A stretch of 64,000 nt of DNA, taken from contig JAVKOQ020000062.1 of NCBI GenBank assembly GCA_031835245.2, forward strand, positions 1 through 64,000, in the 5' to 3' direction. This stretch comes from Balamuthia mandrillaris. Lineage: Eukaryota. The stretch's first letter is position 1. Every line of letters starts with the position of its first letter. Under the pieces are notes generated by a model. It saw nothing but the letters and a program-made list of their open reading frames with translations. It was not told the origin of the DNA and searched no databases. The translations under genes and the position numbers were made by a program. Of the stretch, positions 36,941 to 53,197 are shown piece after piece.

Positions 36941-39900
36941 ATGTCTAACTTTCCTTCTTCCAGTATACCCACTGAGAAGGAAGACGGTTCGCCAAGCTTT
37001 GGTGACATTGATGTTAACGAAAACAGTTCCGAAGCTGCTCTTGCCCGCCTGCTCAAGAGGAAAGCCGAGTTATCTCTCGCGATTGCGCAAGCAGCATTAT
37101 CATGGGACTCCAGTGGCGAAGAAGAGGATAAAAAACGTTTCGATGACTTATGCCGTCAGAAGAGCGAACTGATGGAGATGATCAATCAACTGACCGCGAT
37201 TTGCAAAGAAGAAAACGAGCCACCGTTCCAACTGCGCTCGAACCTGCCTTCGCAACTTCCGGTTAACACTCCGTCAACTCCTTACGTTTCTCCCAAGGGC
37301 GCTACCTCCGCAGGTGCTGCCGCGCCAAAGGTGGTGAAACCTCTGCCCGCCGCGTTCTCCTCCAAGCATTTCTCGCTTCGCTCTGCCACGGAAACTTCCG
37401 AGGCTGGCTCCTCGTCCGAGAGTGGTTACGCTGAACCCTCAGACAAGACAGGAAGCAAGGAAAAATATCCAAAGCTTCCCCAAAATCTTCCAACCTTCGA
37501 TCCAAAGACCAAAGGAAAAGATAATCCTCTTATCTTTTCAGAGCGCCTACACTTCGCCCTTAGCGGCACGTCTTACCCAGAAAACCTCTGGCATTATGCC
37601 TTGATTTCTCAGATCAAGGATCCGTTGGCTCAGCACTGGGCCATCCAGAACCTTTGTCACCCGGAATGGCCTTGGGATAGGCTCATAGCCACCTTCCACG
37701 ACCACTTTGGCAGCAGAAACCTGCAGAACGCGCTGCATACAGAGTTCTGTCACTTCTCCTTCAAAACCGGAGAGTCTGTTCGAGAATTCTCAGAGCGCTT
37801 CCAAGAGCTCATCGACCAGATGACCTGTCCGCCTCAACTCGAAGATATTCTTGCTGTTCTCAGGAACGCCCTTCCTGAAGAACTTGTCTCGGGATTTATT
37901 TCTTCTTGCATCGCCAACCCCCCTACTTCTCTGGCCGATGCCATCGGCATCGCCTTGGAACACGAATCCGCCTTGGAAGCCCGAAGCAAGAGAAAGCCCT
38001 CGAGACTTTCCCCTCCGAGCAGCTCGAACCACAACAAGGGGACCAAGAACGGCAAACCTTGGTGCTCTTTTCACCGTACGCACGGTCATTCGGACAAGGA
38101 CTGCCGAGTCCTCTCCAAGAAAAAGAGTGATGGATCCTCCTCCTCTTCCTCTTCTTCTACACCTGCTACCTCTTCTGGTGCTCCTCAAAGACCAGCTGGC
38201 GTCTGCTACAAGTGCGGTAAGGCGGGACATATGGCAAATCGTTGTCCTACTCGTGGCACTTCTGCTAAGCCTCCGGCTTCTTCGCTCAACAGCATGCAGT
38301 CCCCTGCGACTGGTGTTTCTCCGGCTCCTCCTTCTGGCACTGCAGCCTCCCCTTCTCCTTCTCCGGCTACTCCTTCTTTAAACAACATAGAAGAGAATCC
38401 CTTTCGGGAGTTTGAGCAAGCTGCAGCAGAGCTGTTCATGCTTGGTCTTGACGATCACGAAGCTCCTGCCTCCGATAACCCCTCTCCTGCTCCTGTTGCT
38501 GCTCCTATTATGGTTCCGGCAACCTTGAACAAGCAAAGAGTTATGGCCCTACTCGACACCGGCGCCTCCTCTTCCTTTGTGGATCCTTCCCTTGTGGAAC
38601 AGTTTCACCTCAAAACGACCCACACTCAACAGGATGTGGTTCTGGGAGATGATTCCTCTGCCTCTGTGTCTGCCGTTGCCTCCCACATTCGTGTGGCGTG
38701 TGGTACTCGGAAGTTCTTCCACAACTTCCTCGTTCTCAAGCTCTCTGGTTCTACTCAAGTGATCTTTGGCCGAGACATCCTTGATAGGATAGGCATTGGT
38801 CTGTTTGGAATTTCAGTCCGCTTCCCTGGCCCTAAGCCTTCAGCGCCAGACGATAAGAACGTCGCTTCTTCTGATAAGTACGTGGAGTCTCCTTTGCCTC
38901 CAGAACTTCAAAAGGCCATTGTAGACCGCATCAAGGACCTTCTTGAAGAGAACAGCCGTATTCCTCAAGGTCCTTCCTGTCCGCTTCCAGAAGGGACAAT
39001 CCGTTTGGATACCAGAGATCACCCTCCGATATTCAAACATCAGTATCCTATACCAGAAGTCTGGCATTCCTCCATCAACGAGCAGCTCGAAGAGTGGTAC
39101 CGCCACAAGGTTATTGTGGATGCTCCCATGGACTCGCCATGGAATTCGCCCATTCTTTGCGTCCCTAAGAAGGATGCTAACGGCAATTGGACTTCAGCCC
39201 GTACCTGCATTGATCCACGAGCTATCAACTCTATCATTGTGGATATCCACTTCCACATTCCTGGTATCCTTGCTGTCGTAGAGTACGTCCTTGGCTTCCG
39301 TATCGCCAGCTCGCTAGATTTAGTGTGGAGCTTCATGCAGCTTCTAATCTTTGCGCCTCACCAGATCAAGCTCACCTTCACCTGGTGAGGGCGCCGCTAC
39401 TGCTTTTGTGGAGCTCCCTTTGGGGTGAAGATCATTCCGGCCGCTATGCAGCGTCTCCTTGCTGCCATGCTTAAGGACCTCGCTGACTGCGCCGCACACT
39501 ATATTGACGATTGCCTCGTCTTTTCCCGCTCTGCCTCTATTGATGAGCACATTGAAAAGCTTCGCTTGGTTCTACGTGCCATCAACAACGCTAGTCTCCG
39601 TCTCTGTATCGAGAAGTGTCATTTTGGCTTCTCACGGCTCCATCTGGTTGGATACATTGTCTCCAGCAAGGGCTATGCTCCTGATCTGGATAAGCTTTCC
39701 GCCTTCAACAGCCTTCCCGTACCTACTACCAGCAAGCAACTTCAGTCTTATCTGGGCTTCGTCAACTTCTTGCGCAGCTTTGTGCCTTTATATTCTCGCC
39801 TAACGGCTCCGTTGGATGCCCTCCGCAACGTTCCAGATGTGCGACCCTTTTGGAACAAGAACTGCGATGAAGCTATCAGTGCCCTTCGCCGTATCCTCAG

Positions 39901-41860
39901 CTCTCCTCCGGTTCTGAGCAAGCCGGACCCCAGTCTTCCCTTCCTTGTTGGTACCGATGCTTCCCAATATGGCGTTGGTGCTGTGCTCTATCAAGAGTCT
40001 GCTGATGGTATTCGCCGTTATATTGCCTTTGCTAGCCGTGCCCTCAACTCTGCTCAACGCAACTATCCTGCCACGAAACGCGAGCTTCTTGCTGTGGTCT
40101 TTGCCCTCCACCAGTTCCGCTGTTGGCTGTGGGGTCGCCGCTTTACCTTGTTCACAGACCACAAGGCCTTGTCGTATCTCTTTACAGCCAAGCATTCTTC
40201 TTTCATGCTTAATCATTGGGCTTTCTTGCTGCTCCAGTTTGACTTCGACATCGTCCACCGGCCTGGCGTTCAGATGGTCTTGGAAGATGCGCTTTCCCGC
40301 CTCTACCCGCCCAACTTTTGGGAGGAAGATGGTCTGGCTCCGCCAGTAGTTCCAAACGAAGTCAAAACCTTGGCTCCGGTAAAGAAGCAACGCAACATTC
40401 CAAGAGTTCCTTCCTTGTCCGTGCTTGACGCCTCTCAGCACCCTCCAGTTGCTCCGTCAAGAGAACTCGTCCGTTACATCAAGCTGTTTTTGGACAAAAC
40501 GGCCCCTTCTTCCGTGGAAGAACAACAGGAGTTACTCTCCCGCCTCCATCTCGCTGGCCATGAAGGTGCTGCCAATCTCTTCAACAAGGTCTGGAACGAA
40601 GGTTTCTTCTGGCCTTCCCTTCGGGCTGATTGCTTTGCTACTACCCGTTCGTGTGATGCCTGCCTTTGTTTCAACGTTGCCAAGCATGGTTTTCATCCTC
40701 TGAAAACCATCTCCGCCACTTTTCCCTTCGAACACGTTGCCTTGGACCTGTTTGGCCCGCTCGCCACCGATGAATCTGGTTTCTGTTATGTTTTGGTGGT
40801 CACCAACATTGCCACCAGGTTTACCCTTCTCCGCCCTTTGGTTAACAGGACAGCGGCTGCTACCGCCAGTGCCTTCTATGGGGTCATATGCGATTTTGGC
40901 TTTCCCAAGATTGTACAGTCAGACAACGGCTCCGAGTTCGTCAATGAGACCATGGCTACTATCAAGGCTATCTCTGGCTTCGACCACAGATTTATTGCTG
41001 CCTATCACCCGCGAGCCAATGGTGCTGCTGAGGCCCACGTCAAGCTTGCCAAGTCCGCCCTAATGAAGCTGGTCTCTTCCGATTGGAGTCACTGGTCCAC
41101 CTTCCTTCCAGCTGCCCAATTTGCAATCAATCAAAGGCTGACCTCCAGGCATAAATCGACTCCCTTTGAGCTCTTTCTTGGACGCCCTGTCAACCTTCCG
41201 AGTGATTTTTCCAACGTGGAATCCAATCCCCTTCCTGAGGCTGACCGCCTTGCACAAATTGCCAAGTTGCATTCTGTTGTCTGGCCTGCTGCTTCTGATG
41301 CTACCGACCTCTACAACCAGATTGTGTCTGTGACGCATGACTCTTCTGTTTCCTTGGTTGAATTCAAGCCAGGCGACACCGTTATGCTTCGTCATTCTGC
41401 CGCCACCTCCAAGATGGATCCGAAGTATCTCGGCCCCTTCTCCGTCAAACGCAGAACCAAGAGTGGTGCATATATACTAGTGGATGTTACTGGCAACGAG
41501 TTGGAAGATCGTATTCCTCCTTCTCTTCTTAAGCTAGTTCCCCCTCTCCCTTCTGGTTCCTTGATACCCCTATCCTCTACTCCAGTTCTTCCTGATAAGA
41601 CCGATTTGGAATCTCAAGCCGACCCTGATGCTTCTGATGATGTTAATTCCGAGTCTGATGATGATAACGATGATGATTACTCCAAGTCCTACGAAGTTAG
41701 CAAGGTGCTAGACCACCGTGGACCTGCCAACCGCCGAGAATACAAGGTCAGATGGAAAGGCTACTCTCCTAAGTACGACCTCTGGATTCCAGTCAAGAAC
41801 TTTGATGATCTTCGACCTGTCAACGCCTACTGGAAGAAGCTTCGTTCAAAAAGGGGGTGA
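36941..41860 (+). CDS. Gag-Pol polyprotein (gag, CCHC knuckle, protease, RT, RNase H, integrase, chromodomain); in-frame TGA at 39386-39388
   Basis: CYKCGKAGHMANRC, LLDTGAS, YIDD, GTDAS...YPATKRELLA...TDH, H..GH/C..C zinc finger, LDLFGP/SDNG/E integrase core, GPF and chromodomain YEVSKVLDHRG...YKVRWKGY. ORFs 36920-39388 and 39425-41860 are in the same frame. Confidence 0.92.
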
Positions 41861-42213
41861 TGTTGGAAAACTCCAACATAATAGCCCTTCTTCTCTTCCT
41901 GTCGACCTCTCCCTCATGCCTGTCGACCTGAGGAAACCTCTCGGTGTCCAACTTCTCCTTTCTTGAACTTCTCCTTTCTTGTTGTTTTCTCTCTCTGCCC
42001 TTTTATGCTGATATTCTCTGTTCTTCTTTTTTGGATAATTGTTCTAGCTTAAATACTGCCTCTCCTTGCTTCTTCTTCTTTTTCCTCTCGGGACAACTTA
42101 CAACAAAACACAAGATACTTTACTATCACTTGTACTCTTCACTTTTAGTAAATTAAGTTCGGGTCTCGTACTTACTTTGTCTCCGCCATCATTCCCGTTC
42201 TTATTTTACAACA
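41861..42213 (+). repeat. 3' LTR of family A
   Basis: TGTTGGAAAACTCCAACA ... cccgttcttattttACAACA, directly after the PPT. Confidence 0.92.
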
Positions 42214-45444
<3,231 letters not shown>

Positions 45445-45710
45445 TTAACCTAACTCTTGTCCAGCAAAGGGTATCCTTAAATCAAGGCCAATTCCCTGGC
45501 CTTATCCAATGCCCGCTCTGAAGTTCTGGGATCAACACTAGGTCGTGGTTCTGTACCAGCATCTGTTCCAGCTCTTCACCATCTGCCTGCTTTTAATCTT
45601 GCCACGTGAGACCAGCGAGCCAGTACTGTGACCTGACTCATTGCTCTCTGCTTTCTCTCCTCTCTTATGCTCTTGGGCAAAAATAAAAGAAAAGAAAAGA
45701 AGTCAAGTTT

Positions 45711-47858
45711 TTATGATGATGAAGAAGGGGAGAGCCATGGATAGGAATAGGAGTCTGATGTCCTTGCTGTTAACACCTATAAGCAATTTTAATATGAGCA
45801 AACAAATTAAAAAAAAACTAAGAAAACTAACCTTAAAAAAACAAAACAACTCTCTCGCAAACATAAAAACATAAACAAACCAAACCAAGCCAAATAAAAA
45901 GAAAGAAAGAACAAAGGTAAAGAGATGTACCTCAACGCCATCCTCAGTGACCAACATGGTGTGCTCGAACTGAGCAGAAAGCTTACCATCTCTTGTTGTG
46001 GCTGTCCAATCATCGGGCCAGAGGGTATCCTTCCATGTCCCTTCATTGATCATCGGCTCTATAGTGAATATGTGACCTGGTTTCATCACTCCCACTGCCT
46101 TATTCCCTGTTTTTATAAGAGGAAAAAAATTAGTTCAACTAAACAATGCAACAAACAAAATAGCTTTGGAAGAAACGCATACGAGCATAATGAGGCACAT
46201 TGGGAGCCGTGTGGAAGAGCCGACCAACACCATGCCCACAGTAGGTTCGCACCACCTGGAAGCCATACTTACTGGCCTGCTTCGTTATCGCTCCTCCAAT
46301 ATCTCGATAGAGACGACCAGGTTTTACTGGATTAAAAATATTAATAGGGAAAATAGGAATAATACAGAGAGAGAGAGAGAGAGAGGAACAGGAGAACAAA
46401 GAACGGATAGAGAACAAAGAATTTAAAGAAACGACAAACCCATCTTGATGGCTTCCTCGAGACATTCATAGGTTGCCTGAACAAGTCGCTTGGCCGTGTC
46501 ACTAACTTCTCCAACGAAATAAGTTTCGTTGATATCGCCATGAAAACCTTTATAATAAACTGTTACGTCTATGTTCACAATGTCACCGTTTTCCAGGGGT
46601 CTAGAATCAGGGATGCCGTGACAGATGGCCTCATTGATGGAACTAAGACAGGCCAAAAAAGGTGATAAGAAGAAGCGTAAAAAAACAAACAAACAAACAA
46701 ACAAACAAACAAACAAACAAACAAACAAACAAACAAACAAACAAACAAACAAACAAACAAACAAACAAACAAACAAACAAACAAACAAACAAACAAACAA
46801 ACAAACAAACAAACAAACAAACAAACAAACAAACAAACAAACAAACAAACAAACAAACAAACAAACAAACAAACAAACAAACGGAAATGGTGGGTGGCTT
46901 CGACGTGAAATCAGCCAACGTACGTGCAACATGACTTGGGAAAGCCTCGATAGTTGAGAGGACTCGGATAAGCACCCCTAGATATGATGTCCTCGTGGAT
47001 GGCTTTGTCAATTTCTTCTGTGGTAACGCCGGGCGCGACCATCTTTGCGGCGTTATCCAAAACTTCTCGTGCCATCTGGTTCAGAGCAAAATGAGCGATT
47101 GTAACAAGAAGCAGAAAAAGAAAGGTACACAAGGAAAGAAGCAATTCAGAAAGACTAATCATAGGTTCACTCATGGCGGATGTAACCCGCACGATAGAGA
47201 AACAAATAAGCATTTTTTCATCCCAACACGCCCAATTCAGATTCTCCGAAAGAAAGCAAGAAGAACTTAAAAAAAAAAGAAGAAGAACAATGACGAAAGT
47301 CAAACCCGGCACACTTCTCTCATGATCTCGATCTCCTCAGCGTTGTGAATGACGATGGCATTACCAGCACGTTGTCGTTCAGAGAGAGGTACGCCTAAAA
47401 TGGTTTTTGTTTGTTTGTTTATAAGTGCCACACAACGGAATGGGATCGGAAAGAGGTGAATACCAGTTTCAGCGTAGTCTGGTCGAGGTATTTCAGGAGG
47501 AACCGTTCTCATGGGAGTAACAGTGCCTGGTCGCAACTTGCCTGTAAACATGTAGCCAGCAAATCGTTCTGTTTTTATGCACACGTTGTGTAAAGGGTTA
47601 AATGCCAGCCAACGAAAAAAGCAAAAGAGAACGAAACACAACAGACAGCGTGCACCAACCATCCGAAACCGATTTGCTTGCCAAAGCAGCCAGTTGTTCA
47701 GCGACAACGTGCTTGGTTTTATGTGTTGCCCATGATTTCTTGAAGCACTCCTGGGAACAGAAGAAAGAAGGGGCCAACCCCTTTTGTCTGCAGGTAGGAC
47801 ACTGCAAGGTGGCTGGCTTATCGCAGCCCTCCGTGGCGCACACGTTCCCGGTCGACAT
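45711..47858 (-). CDS. METAP1: Methionine aminopeptidase 1 with N-terminal zinc finger, multi-exon
   Basis: [17 protein letters not shown]...[80 protein letters not shown] and SAQFEHT. Last exon [21 protein letters not shown] (45711-45776). Confidence 0.96.
46681..46882. repeat. (AAAC)n microsatellite inside a METAP1 intron
   Basis: About 200 bp of perfect aaac repeats. Confidence 0.98.
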
Positions 47859-48124
47859 GTTTGTTGTTCCTTTTTTCTTCCTTTCTTCCCCTTTTTTTTG
47901 TTTTTTGGTTGGCCATTATAGTTTGTCGACACGCGTAAACCAGGACCCCTCATGGCGATCGATCGCAAAAAAGGCAGATCAGATTCGGAGAGAGGAGAGA
48001 GGAGAGGAGAGAGAGAGAAGAGAGGAGAGAGAGAGAGAGAAGAGAGGAGAGAGAGAGAGAGGCAGAGAGAAGAGAGGAGAGGGAGCGAGAGCGAGAGAGA
48101 AGAGAGGCAAGAGGGGAAGAGCGA

Positions 48125-48169
<45 letters not shown>

Positions 48170-48239
48170 GAGAAGGAGGAAAACAAAACCGTTCGGCAAA
48201 GGACCGATTTTAATGGAGAGAAAGGGATCAAAGCAACAA

Positions 48240-51200
48240 TCAATCAGTAAAGTGATTGTCGAGAGCTTCAACAATCCTCACCTTTTTCAAAAACCTTGCT
48301 TGGCTGACCCTTGATGATCTTCTTGCATTTTTCTCGTCGTGCTCTTCGCCATCCTCCTCGTCCTCATCCTCATCATCTTCTTCCTCGCTTCCTTCATCCT
48401 CATCACTTTCTTCATCCTCATCACTGTCCTCTTCATCATCACCATCCTCTCCTTTTTCATTTTTCTTTGTAGGTTTAACTTCTTGGGCATCTTCGGCGCT
48501 CAGTTCGCCCTCGAAGAAACGTTTAATGTTGGTTACGTTGGAAGGATTGCTGGCGATGGAGATATTGGTCCTAGAGGCATCGAACAATACTGTAAAGTAC
48601 TTTTCCAACACTCTATACAAGTCCTCTACCGTTACCGCCTATTTCCAAAAGATTTAAATGTTAAAAAAAATATGAAGCAAAACAAAATAAAAGAACAAAA
48701 AAAAAACGAGCAAACCTTCACTCTCTCCAATAATCTCTTGTTTTCATCATGAGGCACCCTACAGAGACAGTTAAGGAAGGATTGCGCTGCAGCAGAAGAA
48801 GCTGTTTCCTCTCGCGCTATTATACCAAAAATGACACTGCTTCTAGCAGCATCTAACAACGTTTCCTCGAACTCAACCTGTTGAAAATTCCGAATTGTAA
48901 TATGTTGGAACGAGATAACAAGGCAGTTAGTAGGAAGAAAGAAAAAGGCTGCATGAAGAATGTAAACGTACGTTTTTCTTGTGATAGTCGTTAACGATGT
49001 GGATGGCTTCATCATAGGCCTTACATAACGAGGCAGAGCGGAACAATAGAAAGTAAATGAGCCTATATTTTTTTCCACGTTTTCGATTTTGTTAAGCCCG
49101 CAGTAAATGAAATAGAAAAAAAAAAGTATTGAAAAAGTACCCTTCTTCAACTTCCAAAAAGACATCGTAAGAATAAGAAAGACCAGCGCCACGAATATGC
49201 TTCCAAAAGGGCCCCTCCATCGTAGTCAAGTACTCAATGAGGACCAACAACGGAGCAATGTCGGGGTGATCAAAGGCTGCAGGTCCCTCTCCCGTTTGTA
49301 CCAAGTAACTGCTCTCGATGGCAGCCAACGCCAACAAGTTTCCTTCTTCCTTCACCACCCGAGTGCGATACTCGTCGGAGAAGGGGATCAGAGAAGAAGA
49401 AGAAGCAGTCAACGAGGAAGAAGAAGAAGAAGAAGAAGCAGATGACGGCAAAAAGTCTTTCAGCCAAGGAGCGAGAGGGTTAGGAAGGGAACTGAGGATG
49501 TTGGCGGAGACTTGCACGCGAAGGTTTTGAGGGTGGCATAAGATCTTGCGAAACTCTTCGAATTGTTCACAGACTTCATTGGCAGATTTCTAATGAATAA
49601 ATTGTAAGGCTAGAATTGCAGAACGAAAGGAGGACAAGATGAGAAACGTACTTCATCTTTTTCCAGTTGTTCAAGAACTGAGGTAAGGAAGCGGTGTTGC
49701 TTAATAAGGTTGGTAACGCCGTGATTGCTCTTCTTTGAATCAAAGTTTATCCACTTGGAATCCGCAATGACCATCTATATTACCGAGTCTCAGTGAATTT
49801 GTTTCTAATTAGAAAAATGTCATGAGAGAGATGTACCTCTGCTCCTTTTCGTTTGTGTTGAGCGACATCGTTGATGAGCTTTTGAGCAGCAATAATCAAC
49901 CTGAGAGAGAGAGAGAGAAAGAGAGAGAAATGCAAAAAACAATCATATAAGGCCAAGGGTATCGGTCATAAAATTTGAAGAAGAAGAATAGTGGAAATGT
50001 ACCTTTCTTTGGTGAACCTGCTGTTCCAAAGGAAATCCCTAAGCCACTGAATAATTCGCTCATACTTGCTCACTTCTCCTTTCATGCTGAGCACAACGGC
50101 CTGCGCGAATCTTCCACAACTAAAGTTTCCTGTGTCTCCAATGCCCAGCCCATTGTAGTAAGAGACCGTATCATTAGTCAACTGCTTGACAACATCTTCA
50201 TGAGATAGCTGTTCCCTGCCGTCGTGTGCAACGATTGGAACTTCGAAAAAGGCCTCTAAATAAAGCTCCAAAAAGGGACGAAGATGATCGGGAAGGGATG
50301 AGGTATCAAGAAAAGCCTTGATCTGCATGAACACACTAGGGATGTGGTCGAACTGGATGAAGAATGGTGGCACTGTACTGCCTTCTCCTACTTGATCTAG
50401 GATATGCTTGCGAAGCTTTTGATTGCCTTCGGTGGTGGTAGTGGGAGCGTTATGGTTGCAATATGTGTATATTGGGATGAATGGAATGTTCGAAACATTC
50501 GGTATGGGAAACTTTTCTGCATTGCACAAATTGGCAATAGATTTACTTAGAGAGGATATACATTTTGTCTTTTTTGAACAGAAAGGAGAGGGAGAGGGAG
50601 AGGGAGAGAGGGAGAGACAGAGAGACAGAGAGACAGAGACACAGAGACACAGACAATTAAAAGGATAGGTACCAAGTTCTTCAGTGGGGATTTCTACTTC
50701 ATTAGCCTGAACAGCATCCTCCAATTTCTTGGAGAGTTCCTCTAATTTAGCCTTGCCCAAGTGCTTCCGCTGCATTAACATGTAAGAAAAGGTAGAACCA
50801 AGTTGGATATATCTAACAAATAAAAAATGAGTAACATACCTGAGCTTCGATACGAGCAACTTCTTCGCTGGCAAGCTGGGCTGCCTTTTCTTTGGAGGGT
50901 TGGCCAACAACGAGGCAGTAAGGCTGCTCAATGAGAGTTTCTTTCAGCAGTTGGACCCAGAATTGGCTGTCTTTGTCCTCCAACTCTTTGAGTTGTTTAA
51001 CTTTATCCAACATTTGAGCTAGCTGTCCTTCTTTGCTGTACAAGAAGTTGACTATGAATTCTAGAGCAAAGCTCTCATGAGGCTCTGTCTCTATATCGCT
51101 GAGATGCTGATAAACGTCAAAAAGGTGTTAGAATGATGGTGAACAAATAACAAAAACTAGCAAACAGCCAAATCAACCAATCCACAAATCGCAACCAAAA

Positions 51201-52569
51201 AATAAACACACAAGAATGAAGTACCTTCAAGCGAAGTCTCTTGATAACAGTGGCCATGCGCTCCATGTCAATTCCTTTTTCAATCAAGTCCTCCAAAACC
51301 TCAAACAATTTATCCTTGATCAACCCAAGCTTGGCGGTAGGCACATTACTGAACTTCAAATACTGGATGTAGACTGAGTTCTCGCAATAGCTATAGCGAA
51401 TGGAGGTACAATAGGGATCAGGAATGTCCACAAAGGCATGTCTCAGGGGAGAAACAGCAGAGTCCGTAAGGTACTCCCATAGAGCATCCAACGCAGCTAT
51501 CTTGGCGAACTCCTCCGCAGAGGGTCCTCTCCATCCTAGCATGACGGCGCCTGTGGTTTCCTCGTCAGCAGGAAAAGGAACGATTTGCTCCACGGTGGTG
51601 GTAAAGGGCGGAACGGGGCTGGACCAAGGGCGGGTCATGGGTGGCAAAGCAGCCTTGGATTTGACTTTCTCCTCAATGGGACGAATGGCATCAAATACGG
51701 CTTTGGGAGATACTTTACCATTGATGATAAGGCACAGATTGTCAATTCTGTAAAAGTCTTTGTGGTATTGACGTACTTTTTTGTTGTTCAAATGTAAGCC
51801 CAACATTTTGTTCAACAAATAATAGTTTAAAAAAAAGAGAATACGACACACAACAAATACAAAAAAGCCTACCTTGATCAGCGGTCAACTTGCGCAAATC
51901 GGCCATCATGCCTCCTGTCTCGTATTTGTAGCCACAATCTCCAGGATACAACGCCTCTAGCAATCTTTTTGTGGATCGAAAATTATTTTTCGCTTTGCTT
52001 GGAGAATTAAAAAGCAGGAGGGGTGAATAAATACGTTCTAAACATGATGCTGGGTCCGGTGTTCTCTCGGGCTTGCATCTCACAATAGACAACGCCAGCG
52101 TCAACTCCTTCTCCATCGATATGATGCACCTCCGTGTAAAATCCCTTTGGGTGACAGAGAGAACAGACTCAACACTGTTACCAAAAAACAAAAAAGAAGG
52201 CATTCAAAAAAGCACATACAGAGTTAGTCAAAGTAGGAAACAGGATGTGGTCGAGGTACACCGGAAGAATATTGAGAAAGCCTTCGCTTCCCGCCTGATT
52301 GTAAAAGAACGTCATCACTATAAACAAGTTGCAGAAGCAAAAAATAGGATAGAACGGTACCACTTCGATTGTGTAGCAGGTGTGGTCCACATCTGTCCAC
52401 GCATCTGTAAGAGGGAGAAGAAGTCAGCTTAAAATAATCAAAAATGAAAGTCATCAAAGAAAGAAAAGTTACTGGTTCCTCTGGCCAAGCATCTATTTGC
52501 CAGTGAGTCAAGAACCCCCTTGTACCTTTTCCATTTAGGCAGAGCAAGAGCGAGAGCAGCGAGAACAAG

Positions 52570-52635
<66 letters not shown>

Positions 52636-53033
52636 AAAACGAGCAGCAGCGTAAAAAAGAAACTCAAGTAAGCAACCAGGAAGAAGAGAGGGTGGGTTTT
52701 AGTGCTTAAAAGTAACGTACGGGTAATCCTCAGACCCCAAAAAAATGGCATGCTCCAAAGTGTGTGGAAGCCCAAAATTATCATGTGCCTCAGTGGCCAA
52801 CACAAAGTAACCATAGACCAACGGCCCTACCAGAAAGAAACACTTGAGGAAAGGGAGAGAGCGTGTGACCGGGGAAAAAAAAGAAGAAGAGTGGATTTTT
52901 TAAGCAAACCTTCAATGTCAGCCATTGCAACGGTAAGCCCGGTGTTGGAAGACTTGAACTTACGGACGGGAATGCCGTCGGCCACACACTCCTCCGCCAA
53001 ACGCCAGCCCTCGTAATGTTGGCTCCCCTCCAT
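48240..53033 (-). CDS. M16 (insulinase/presequence-protease-like) zinc metallopeptidase with acidic C-terminal tail, multi-exon
   Basis: Inverted zinc motif GLPHTLEHAIFLGSEDYPY/KGVLDSLANRCLARG/TNAWTDVDHTCYT, plus GVVYCEMQARENRT, YKYETGG and GPFWKHIRGAGLSYSY. Confidence 0.92.
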
Positions 53034-53197
53034 TCGCTGTTGTTGTGGTGGTGGATTCGCTGCTGCTCCGCTACTCTGCTCTTACCGCTACTTTTTTTTT
53101 TGGCTTTGGATTTTTTGTAGACATACCAGTCGACAGATAAACATGGATATAATAGGTTGGGAATTTTTCTTGTGATACCTATTAGGATTAAAAAGAA

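Larger units (their letters stand above)
36411..42213 (+). mobile_element. Nearly intact Ty3/gypsy chromovirus-like LTR retrotransposon (family A, Skipper-like architecture)
   Basis: LTRs at 36411-36730 and 41861-42213, PPT aaaaagggggtga, and a single gag-pol frame. Confidence 0.95.

Noticed and set aside
39386..39388. Alternative genetic code or selenocysteine explanation for the in-frame TGA
   Set aside because: TGA, TAA and TAG appear to act as ordinary stops in this window (host genes end in TGA or TAA), and Arg (CGA) fits the RT context.
46423..47011. ORFs with CLFV/KQTN repeats
   Set aside because: Translations of the intronic (AAAC)n microsatellite.
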